DNA from: Acidimicrobiales bacterium
GTDB lineage: Bacteria; Actinomycetota; Acidimicrobiia; Acidimicrobiales; SHLQ01
Direction: 5' to 3'
NCBI GenBank assembly: GCA_020629635.1
Contig: JAHDCX010000006.1
Coordinates: forward strand, 92,012 to 156,011
DNA: 64,000 bases
Shown here: positions 44,649 through 52,803 of the stretch, piece after piece
Layout of the letters: each line of letters starts with the position of its first letter
Position numbering within the stretch: the first letter of the stretch is position 1
Position numbers and translations under genes: made by a program
The notes under the pieces: generated by a model
Database searches by the model: none
Told to the model about the DNA's origin: nothing
Seen by the model: the letters and a program-made list of their open reading frames with translations, nothing else

Positions 44649-44834
44649 GATGCCCCCGTGGCCCCCGCCGCTGCTGAATCGCAACCTACCGCGTTGTGTT
44701 GGTCAGTGACGTCAATCCAGCGAGCAGGTGCCCGCTCGAAACAATCGCCAGGCCGCGTTCGCCCAGCCATCGCGAGCAACGTCGACGAAAGCTCGTTCAC
44801 CCCGCATGCGGCGAAGCGGCAGCACAGGACACCG

Positions 44835-45689
44835 TCACGAATCGTCCTCGATCGAGGTCACGTGACGTAGCCACAGGCCGCCGCCACGGAGGCTTCCGGG
44901 GAGGTAGCTGCGGTGTCCCAGAAGCTGGCGGACTCGTGGCGAGCGGTCGGCGAGCGAGCCCAAGGGATGGTCGAGCACGATCGCTTCTTCGGGTGTGAGC
45001 CAACCGGCCACGAAGCTCAGGTGCATCGCCCGACGCCATCGGGCGGTCGTGCGGTTGGCGCCCCCGCCATGGAACACGTGGCCGGAGTACACCAGTGCGT
45101 CTCCCGGGTCGAGCTCGGCCGGCACGGTCTCAACCTCGGTCCGGTAGTCGAGCTTCTCCGTCCGGTGGCTGCCGGGCACGACGCGGGTCGCGCCCAACTC
45201 GTCGGTCACGTCGTCGAGGCCGATCATCGCCGAGATTGTCACCTCCGGTGTGTCGGGCCACGTCCGGTTGATGAACTCCCACCAGTTGTCCGCGTCGCGA
45301 TGCAGGACCTGGGCGGGTTCGCCCGGCCCGATGTACATCACCTGCGCCGTGTTCAACCAGTACGAGCCGCACGTGGGCAACAACACGGCGTCCGCAATGG
45401 CGGCGTACCGCTCGTTGTCGAGCATGTCGAAAAACGCGTCGGTGAGCAGGCCAAGGCTCGAGAAGCGGATCGTGTTGGCACCGACGAACTCCTTGCCTTC
45501 GTCGCCCATGCCTTGATCCGCGGCTCCGGGTTCCACACCCTGGGCATACGCATCGGCAGCGGCACGGATCTCGTCGATCACCGACCGGTCGAAGAGACCT
45601 TCGATGATCAGCGCGCCGTCCTCTCGTAGCGCCGCCAGCTGCACATCGAGTTCGGCGTCGGCAGCCAGTCGTTGCAGTGAACGTGTCAC
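44835..45689 (-). CDS. Phytanoyl-CoA dioxygenase (PhyH) family Fe(II)/2OG oxygenase
   Basis: HRDADNWW (HxD), GATRVVPGSH, GHVFHGGGAN, R..MHLSF. Confidence 0.8.
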   Translation of the reverse strand: MTRSLQRLAADAELDVQLAALREDGALIIEGLFDRSVIDEIRAAADAYAQGVEPGAADQGMGDEGKEFVGANTIRFSSLGLLTDAFFDMLDNERYAAIADAVLLPTCGSYWLNTAQVMYIGPGEPAQVLHRDADNWWEFINRTWPDTPEVTISAMIGLDDVTDELGATRVVPGSHRTEKLDYRTEVETVPAELDPGDALVYSGHVFHGGGANRTTARWRRAMHLSFVAGWLTPEEAIVLDHPLGSLADRSPRVRQLLGHRSYLPGSLRGGGLWLRHVTSIEDDS

Positions 45690-45810
45690 GATCTCAGCTT
45701 CTCATTCTCGCTGGCCTGCGCGCTCGGTCGAGTGTCAGACCGGCGTCGTAGGTTTGGTGCATCGAAGGCTCCGCGCCTTCCGCAGCACAACATCACGGGG
45801 AGCTTGGCCG

Positions 45811-46224
45811 ATGGCCATCACACCTGCCGAACTCGAACTCGTCCGAAATGAGCTCGACGCACGAATCACCGCTGTTACTGTCGAGCACGTGAGTATGGCG
45901 CAAGCGATCGGATCCTACAGTGAGCGATTCACCGCGCTGGATGCCCGTTTCGACGCAATGGACTCGCGCATCGATGCTGTCGAGCTTCGACTCGACTTCG
46001 TCGTCCAGGACATGGAACGCCGGTTCACCGAAGTCGACCGACGCTTTGACGGTGTCGACCGTCGACTCGATGCCCTCGACCGACGCATGGAGCGGCTCGA
46101 AGACCGGATGGTCACGCTTGATCGCAAGATCGATCTGCGGTTCGGTTGGCAGACGTTCCTCATGGCCGGACTTGCGGTGCTCGTGCTCTTCGACGACGCG
46201 ATCACTACCGCCCTCGGGCTCTGA
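45811..46224 (+). CDS. Coiled-coil protein with C-terminal TM anchor (repetitive DxRFDxxDxR heptad-like repeats)
   Basis: Start ATG 45811 (MAITPAELELV). LDARFDAMDSRIDAVELRLDFVVQDMERRFTEVDRRFDGVDRRLDALDRRMERLEDRM. C-terminal TM segment FLMAGLAVLVLF. Confidence 0.55.
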   Translation: MAITPAELELVRNELDARITAVTVEHVSMAQAIGSYSERFTALDARFDAMDSRIDAVELRLDFVVQDMERRFTEVDRRFDGVDRRLDALDRRMERLEDRMVTLDRKIDLRFGWQTFLMAGLAVLVLFDDAITTALGL

Positions 46225-46240
46225 GTCGCCTCTCAAACCC

Positions 46241-46387
46241 ATGCACGAGCTCTGGGACGAGATCGACGGCGAAGACCCGTCACCGATCTGCCCCCGATGC
46301 GGAGTGAGCGCGCTCGCCCCAGAGATGCCCGGTGGCGAATCGGTCTGCGAGAACGGTGCGTGCGACGGGTACGGCGAACCGATCTGA
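46241..46387 (+). CDS. 48-aa zinc-ribbon mini-protein (CPRC...CENGAC)
   Basis: Own reading: MHELWDEIDGEDPSPICPRCGVSALAPEMPGGESVCENGACDGYGEPI. Lies 16 nt after the preceding stop. This is the tail of track ORF 45920..46387. Confidence 0.4.
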   Translation: MHELWDEIDGEDPSPICPRCGVSALAPEMPGGESVCENGACDGYGEPI

Positions 46388-46523
46388 CTGCCGCTGCGCT
46401 GTCGCCGGTTACTGTCGAACGCATGCACGTCGGAGACGCACACGAACGTTGGGAGTCGGCCGAGGGATCGACGGGAGCGCTCGAGGAGACTGAAGGTCTG
46501 CCGGGCGTCGCCGATTGACCACG

Positions 46524-47693
46524 ATGCAGCCCGCAGCGCCGACCGACGCTCTGCCGACGCCGACGTACCACCGCGACCTCGCCGAGCACTTCGAGCAGGT
46601 CGAACCCGAACTGTGGTCGTGGTTTGGGGAGTCGTCGGCGCTCGCCGAACGACGCGACGAGGCCGCCGAGCTCGCACTCCTCAAGTCGGCGTACCGACTC
46701 GACGGTGGGCCACACGCCGTGCTCGTGGGCTTCGCCACGATGCTCGCGACCCGATTCGGTATCGGCGAACCGATCGTGTTGTACCAAGCACTCGGCGACA
46801 ACGACCGCAACGCCCGAGTGTTCCGGCTCAACAGCCAGGTCCACGTCGTCTTCTCCGGCGACCTGCTCGACCTGCTCGACACCGACGAGCTCCACGCCGT
46901 CCTCGCCCACGAACTCGCCCACATCGCGCTGTGGAAGCGAGACGGCGGCCGGTACTTCGCCCTCGACCACCTGGTCGAACGCCTCGCAGGCGAGATCGCG
47001 GCGCCCGACGCGCTCGTCGAGACGGCGCGACGTCTTCGCTTGCACACCGAAGTGTGGGCCGACGCCATGGCCGTCGACGCTGTCCAGAGCGTTGCCGCCA
47101 CCGTGTCGACGATCGTCAAGGTCAACACCGGTCTTCGACACGTCGACCCCGACGCCTACCTGCGGCAGGCCACCCAGATCTTGGAAATGGATGGGGGAGC
47201 GAGCCAGGCATGGTCCCACCCCGAGCTGCACATCCGGGTCGCCTGTATCGAAGCTCGAGCACGGTCCAGTGCCGATGGGGTCATCGACGAGCTGATCAAC
47301 GGCCCTGACGACCTCGACCGCATCGACCTGCTCGGACAAGCCCGGGTCCAAGCCGTCAGCGCACGTGTGCTCAACAGCGGCGCAGCGGTCGCCAACCGCT
47401 CCGAGGCCGTCGCCCAGTACCTGGCGGGCTATCCAGAGCTCGCGGTCAGCGCTGCCGGAGCGGTCGCCAACGGCGAGCTCATTGACGCGGAGCCGTCCAT
47501 CCGATGGTTGGCCGCCGCGTTGCTGGTCGATCTCACCCTCGCCGACGGTGGAACGGACACGCTCGACGATGTCCGAGCGCTCGCACGTGAGGCCGAGCGT
47601 CAAGGCGTGGCCATCGAGTTCGACAAGATTCTCGCCAAAGCGACCGAACAGACCCCCGCTCAGGTGCGCGCGTTTCGGGGCGCCACACGATGA
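46524..47693 (+). CDS. M48-like zinc metallopeptidase, soluble, with helical C-terminal domain
   Basis: HExxH in LHAVLAHELAHIALWKRDGG. No TM helices. C-terminal LAAALLVDLTLADGGTDTLDDVRAL looks TerB-like. The stop overlaps the start of the helicase gene (ATGA 47690-47693). TTG 46515 or ATG 46524 as start. Confidence 0.7.
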   Translation: MQPAAPTDALPTPTYHRDLAEHFEQVEPELWSWFGESSALAERRDEAAELALLKSAYRLDGGPHAVLVGFATMLATRFGIGEPIVLYQALGDNDRNARVFRLNSQVHVVFSGDLLDLLDTDELHAVLAHELAHIALWKRDGGRYFALDHLVERLAGEIAAPDALVETARRLRLHTEVWADAMAVDAVQSVAATVSTIVKVNTGLRHVDPDAYLRQATQILEMDGGASQAWSHPELHIRVACIEARARSSADGVIDELINGPDDLDRIDLLGQARVQAVSARVLNSGAAVANRSEAVAQYLAGYPELAVSAAGAVANGELIDAEPSIRWLAAALLVDLTLADGGTDTLDDVRALAREAERQGVAIEFDKILAKATEQTPAQVRAFRGATR

Positions 47694-50600
47694 CCTTCGC
47701 CCGCCTGCTGTCCGAAGTACTCACGGACGAGCTCCCGCGCACCGGAGATGTCCTTGCGGTCGGTATGCCGCTGCTCCGTCACATCGATTCGCTCCATCGC
47801 CACGGTCAGGTCACCGGCGCGTCTGGCGTTTCCGCGCTCGACTACGACGGAACCCGCCTTCACGTCAGCGGGTCACAGCCGGCAGGAGAGGACTCGAATC
47901 GGCCGGCGGTCGAGCTCGCCACCGCCCATCTCGCCTCGAGCGGAGCACAACTCTGGAGCCATCGCCAACACGACGATTCCGGCGGCGGGTGGGGGAGAAC
48001 GTCGAGCCTCGATGTCTTCGATCCCGATGACGGTGTGCCGCCGCGACCGATGTTCGTCGCCGGGTACCGGGTGTGGGAACAGCTCCACGGACACCACGAT
48101 CCCCTCACCGACGTGGCCCTGTGCGGTCTGTGGCTCTGCAGCTTCGCCTTCGGTCTCGATCTCGACACTCCCGACGGCATCGATGCACTGGCCCTCGACC
48201 ATCGCCACCCGAGCCGGCTGAACCCGCACCTGCATCCCGTTGTTGCGTCCACCCTCGTGTCGATGATCGCCCCAGACCGATCGCTTCGGCCCCGCGAGCT
48301 CGGCCACGTCATCACCCGACTCGAACACCACCGGGACGTGCCCGCAGACCTCGACCTCGCCGCCGCGTACGAGTCCGAGACCGACTGGCGCCGAGCCGTT
48401 CTGACGACGCTTCGAGATCGCGTGTTTGACACGACACGCCGCAATCGCGAGCTGTACTACCGGCCGACCGCCTCGAGCGTGTCGCTCACCGAGTCGTCGG
48501 TGCCGCTGATGCTCAACATCGACCGCATCCGCCCCAAGGACCTCCTCACCTGGACATCGCCGTCCAACGACGCACTCCGGAAGGGCAAGACGGTCGACCT
48601 CGCCACCTGGTGCCGATTCGAAGAGACGCCGTATCTCGCGCCAGCGCTCGACAAGCTGATCAGCGCCGAACGAAAGTTTCGTGTCGAGACCGGCCACGGG
48701 CGGCTCCGATGCATCGTCGCCTTTCTGCACTGGCACGACCCCGAGGCCGACGAAGCCGTCACCTCGCCGCTCCTCACGCTGCCGGCCACGCTGACTCGGA
48801 AGAAGGGCCTCGAGACCAGGTATCAGCTCGAGCTCCCCGGCGACGACGCCACCGTGAACCCGATCCTGCGGCACGTGTTCGCCGGCCGGTTCGGCATCGA
48901 CCTCCCCGCACACGTGGGGACCGGTCCGGACGAGATCGCGGCCTTCGCGCAGACGCTCGAAGCGCAGGTCCGAAAGAGCGCACCCGCAGTACAGATCGAA
49001 CTGGTCGACAAACCTCGCATCGACCTGCTTCGTCGCAAGGCCCAGCTCCGGGTCGACAACTACCGCCGACGACGCGCCCGAAACCTCGCATCGGCCGGGC
49101 GATGGCGGCGACAGGACCACAGCTACGAACTCGACGACTGGCGACCCCTCGGCCAAGCGCTCTACGACCGATTCGTCCGAACCGCCGACCTCCCGCTCCG
49201 CGACGTCGCTGGCGCCGTACCTCGACCGCGTCCGCAGGCGCTTTCGGCGCCGACAGACGCGGCACCCCCGCCCCCGGGTTTGCCAAGCGAAGAGCGAACC
49301 GCCGATATCTACTCGATCACCGGAGCAGACGCGTCGGCCGACCGTTGGCAAGTCGACCTTTGCAGCGTCTCGCTCGCCGTGCTGGGCTCGCGTCGTACGA
49401 CGCTCTCGCGCGACTACGACGACGTGCTCCGAGCCGAGAGCACCGTCACCGTCGAAGACACTCCGTTCGAACATCTCTTCCGGCCCGAACCGTCACCGGC
49501 GCCCGCCGCAGAGACCGAGCCGATGCGGATCGATCAGCGGCTCGTGCTCCCCGCCGACGATGCCCAGGCGCGGGCGGTCCAGCGCGCCGTGCGCGGCGAC
49601 TCGTTCATCATCCAAGGCCCGCCCGGCACCGGGAAGAGCCAGACGATCACCAACGTGATCGCTGCGCTCGCGGCGGCGGGCAAACGGGTGCTCTTCGTCT
49701 GTGAGAAGCGGGCGGCGATCGATGTGGTTGCGCATCGCCTCAACCAGGTCGGCCTCAGCGACCTCACCGCGTTGATTCACGACTCCCAGCTCGACCGAAA
49801 GGACTTCGTCAAACAGCTCGGCGCCACCTACCACTCGTGGCTGGACGACCGGCCGGACGAACCGGCCGACGGCCAACCGCCTGCTCCATCGGAGACACAG
49901 GTGCGACGCAACCAGCTCCTCGCCCGCTTCGGCGAGGCCGTCCGCCCGCTCGACGCGATGAACGGAGAGCTCGGCGCAAGCCTCGGCGGCGGACTCACCG
50001 TCGCCCAAGCGATCGAACGTGTGAGCCTCCTGTCCGAGGCTGGCAGCGACGCGGCGGTCCCGCTCGCACCAGACGAGTGGGTGTCGCTGCGTCCACGCCT
50101 CGACCGTGTCGCCGACGCGCTTGCCGCGGCCGGGTTCACCGGTCCGCTGGCAAGCCACGCTGCGCTGCGTGTTCGGCCCGGGTATCTGGGCGCCGATGCC
50201 GTGCAGAGCGCACGCAACGTCGGCGCTGCGCTCACCGACGCGGTCGGCGGGGTCGTCCCGACTCTCGACCTCGCCGCAATCACGACCTCGGGCAGCTGGC
50301 AGCCCACGCTCCTCGCCGCTGCCGAAGCGGGTGGCCTCGCCGCCCTCGACCCGACTCACCCACAACACCTCGATCTCCGGGCCGCTGCGCAACGCCAAAC
50401 CGAGCTCGACGCCTTCGTGGCCGAGACCGGCACGGTTCTGACGCGTTGGGTGACCCCGCTTTCTGCGGCCGACACTGCGGCGGGCCTTGACGTTGCCCGA
50501 AGCAAAGAAGGGTCCATCTTCAAGGTCTTCAATGGACGGTGGCGAGCACTGCGAAAGACCGTCGAGGCCGCCTACGACTTCGGTCAGCACCAGGTGCGTC

Positions 50601-52738
50601 CAACGATCACGGCGGTGCTCGAAGAACTGCACGCCCACCACACCGCAGTGGCCGCAGCGACAGCGCACGCGGCCACCAACGAAGGAACCTTCGGCTCGGC
50701 TGATGCCGTCGTCCTCCGAGCCTTCGTCGATGACAATCACGCCCGGCCCGGCTACAGCGACCTGGTCGGCGCCGGCGCATCGCTCCGGGACCGGCTCCAG
50801 CAGAACACGGCGATCGCGGATGCCGTCAGCCCGTTGTTGGTCAGCTCGACCATCACCGTTGCTGACCTCGAACGGCTCGGTGCCGAGCTCCAAGCCACGC
50901 CGATCGGGGTCGAGCCGGCGCTGCTGGCCTGGGCCGACATCGGGGCGGCGCCAGAGGAGGGGCTGCTCGGCCTCGTCGACGCGAACGCCTCGCTCGACGT
51001 GATTGAAGCCGGTGTTCTTCGACGCGAACTCGACCGTTGGGCGAGCACCATCGATCATGTCGCGTTTTCCGGAGCGCACATCGATCACGCCATCGACACC
51101 GCCCGGTCGATCCACAGCGACCTGCTCGACATCAACGCCACGGTCGTCATCGAAGCCGCACGCGCGGCGTTCCTCGCCAACATTGCACACGCCGATGCGT
51201 CGATGGCGGGCCGCAGCGATGACGACAAGGCGCGCAAGCGGGTCTACAACGCGGGGCGGCGCATCGTCGAGCGCGAGTACGAGAAGAAGATGCGCCACCG
51301 CTCCATTCGCGAGATGGCGACGGGGGAGAGCGGCGTGGTCGTACGCGACCTCCGCCCCATCTGGCTGATGAGCCCGCTGTCGGTCTCCGACACACTCCCG
51401 CTCGAAACGGATCTGTTCGACGTCGTGATCTTCGACGAAGCGAGCCAGATCCCCGTCGAAGATGCGGTGCCCTCGGTCTTGCGGGCGCCGCAAGTGATTG
51501 TGGTTGGCGACCGTATGCAGATGCCGCCGACTCGATTCTTCTCCTCCGACGACGATGACGACGCCGAACTCGTCGTCGACGACCACGGGCACCGGCTGTC
51601 CATCACCCTCGATGCCGACAGCTTCCTGACTCAGGCCGATCTGGCGCTCGACTCGTCGATGCTCAACTGGCACTACCGGTCACGGTCCGAGTCGCTGATC
51701 GCCTACAGCAACCATGCCTTTTACGGCGGCGGGCTGGCGACAATCCCCGATACCGAGCTGCCAAGCGGCGAGCAGCCGGCCATCAAGGTCGATTCCGCCG
51801 ACGACGCCATCGCCAACACCGCCACCACCCTCGAACGCGCGATCAGCTTTCATCACGTCGATCACGGCGAGTATCGGGACCGCCGCAACGTGCCGGAGGC
51901 CGATTACATCGCCGAGCTCGTCCGGTCGGTCCTGCGATCTGGGGTCGGCCACACGATCGGCATCGTCGCCTTCTCCGAAGCCCAACAAGGGGCGATCGAA
52001 TCCGCGCTCGACGACCTTGCGGCCATCGACGCCGATTTCGCCGAACGGTACGAAGCCGAACAATCACGTACCGACGACGACGAGTTCGTTGGGCTGTTCG
52101 TCAAGAACCTCGAAAACGTCCAGGGCGACGAACGTGACCTGATCATCATGAGCGTCTGCTACGGCCCGGACCCGCACGGCCGGATCCGGATGAACTTCGG
52201 CCCGATCAACAACTCCGGCGGCGAACGGCGACTGAACGTGATCTTCAGCCGGGCACGCAAGCACATGGCCGTCGTGGCATCGATGCGCGGCAACCAGATC
52301 ACCAACCTGCACAACGACGGGGCCTCACACCTCGCCGGGTTCCTGAGCTACGCCGAAGCCGAGAGCCTCGGCCGAGTCGATGCGGCAACCGCGCTGCTAC
52401 GCACCGCCAGCCGCCAACGCCACGAGTCCCACGCCAGCTCGCCCGTCGCGGACGCCATGGCCGAAGCGCTGCGAGCGAACGGCTGGACGGTGACGACCAG
52501 CGTTGGCCGCTCGGACTTCCGGATCGACCTCGCGATCACCGTCGACGGTGATCATCGCGTCGGCGTGCTCCTCGAACCCGACGACGGCGAGCGTGCCGTG
52601 TCGCGCAACGTCACCGAAGCCGGAGTCCTCGACGCCTTCGGCTGGACGATTCTGCGAGTCCCACTGAGCGACTGGTACACCGATCCAGCACGGGTAATCG
52701 ATCGCGTCGAAGCCAACCTTCCTCACCGAACCGAATAG
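47690..52738 (+). CDS. 1,682-aa multidomain protein: N-terminal kinase-like region + DUF4011 + SF1 (Upf1-like, AAA_11/AAA_12) helicase + DUF3320 + C-terminal Vsr/REase-fold domain
   Basis: TRRNRELYYRP (DUF4011-type). Walker A IQGPPGTGKSQT. Walker B VIFDEASQ. WHYRSRSESLI. QGDERDLIIMS. GERRLNVIFSRARKHMAVV. C-terminal GRSDFRIDLAI...GVLLEPDD...GWTILRVPLSDW. Confidence 0.9.
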   Translation: MTFARLLSEVLTDELPRTGDVLAVGMPLLRHIDSLHRHGQVTGASGVSALDYDGTRLHVSGSQPAGEDSNRPAVELATAHLASSGAQLWSHRQHDDSGGGWGRTSSLDVFDPDDGVPPRPMFVAGYRVWEQLHGHHDPLTDVALCGLWLCSFAFGLDLDTPDGIDALALDHRHPSRLNPHLHPVVASTLVSMIAPDRSLRPRELGHVITRLEHHRDVPADLDLAAAYESETDWRRAVLTTLRDRVFDTTRRNRELYYRPTASSVSLTESSVPLMLNIDRIRPKDLLTWTSPSNDALRKGKTVDLATWCRFEETPYLAPALDKLISAERKFRVETGHGRLRCIVAFLHWHDPEADEAVTSPLLTLPATLTRKKGLETRYQLELPGDDATVNPILRHVFAGRFGIDLPAHVGTGPDEIAAFAQTLEAQVRKSAPAVQIELVDKPRIDLLRRKAQLRVDNYRRRRARNLASAGRWRRQDHSYELDDWRPLGQALYDRFVRTADLPLRDVAGAVPRPRPQALSAPTDAAPPPPGLPSEERTADIYSITGADASADRWQVDLCSVSLAVLGSRRTTLSRDYDDVLRAESTVTVEDTPFEHLFRPEPSPAPAAETEPMRIDQRLVLPADDAQARAVQRAVRGDSFIIQGPPGTGKSQTITNVIAALAAAGKRVLFVCEKRAAIDVVAHRLNQVGLSDLTALIHDSQLDRKDFVKQLGATYHSWLDDRPDEPADGQPPAPSETQVRRNQLLARFGEAVRPLDAMNGELGASLGGGLTVAQAIERVSLLSEAGSDAAVPLAPDEWVSLRPRLDRVADALAAAGFTGPLASHAALRVRPGYLGADAVQSARNVGAALTDAVGGVVPTLDLAAITTSGSWQPTLLAAAEAGGLAALDPTHPQHLDLRAAAQRQTELDAFVAETGTVLTRWVTPLSAADTAAGLDVARSKEGSIFKVFNGRWRALRKTVEAAYDFGQHQVRPTITAVLEELHAHHTAVAAATAHAATNEGTFGSADAVVLRAFVDDNHARPGYSDLVGAGASLRDRLQQNTAIADAVSPLLVSSTITVADLERLGAELQATPIGVEPALLAWADIGAAPEEGLLGLVDANASLDVIEAGVLRRELDRWASTIDHVAFSGAHIDHAIDTARSIHSDLLDINATVVIEAARAAFLANIAHADASMAGRSDDDKARKRVYNAGRRIVEREYEKKMRHRSIREMATGESGVVVRDLRPIWLMSPLSVSDTLPLETDLFDVVIFDEASQIPVEDAVPSVLRAPQVIVVGDRMQMPPTRFFSSDDDDDAELVVDDHGHRLSITLDADSFLTQADLALDSSMLNWHYRSRSESLIAYSNHAFYGGGLATIPDTELPSGEQPAIKVDSADDAIANTATTLERAISFHHVDHGEYRDRRNVPEADYIAELVRSVLRSGVGHTIGIVAFSEAQQGAIESALDDLAAIDADFAERYEAEQSRTDDDEFVGLFVKNLENVQGDERDLIIMSVCYGPDPHGRIRMNFGPINNSGGERRLNVIFSRARKHMAVVASMRGNQITNLHNDGASHLAGFLSYAEAESLGRVDAATALLRTASRQRHESHASSPVADAMAEALRANGWTVTTSVGRSDFRIDLAITVDGDHRVGVLLEPDDGERAVSRNVTEAGVLDAFGWTILRVPLSDWYTDPARVIDRVEANLPHRTE

Positions 52739-52803
52739 GGGCGACGGAATCTCAACGCCTTCTGCGATGAAGCTCGTACACGCAAGCGGAAGGCGGACAA
52801 CCC

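Larger units (their letters stand above)
38339..44800. mobile_element. Decayed integrative island (lower GC by eye) carrying candidate defence genes; right boundary uncertain
   Basis: Starts at the tRNA-fragment/IS junction and contains a mutated tyrosine integrase and excisionase. AT-richer codon usage than the flanks. No second att repeat was found at the right end. Confidence 0.5.

Noticed and set aside
47873-51673. Two long minus-strand ORFs (533 aa and 726 aa)
   Set aside because: Both are antisense to the helicase gene, which carries the complete set of SF1 motifs. They are low-complexity, Arg-rich translations.
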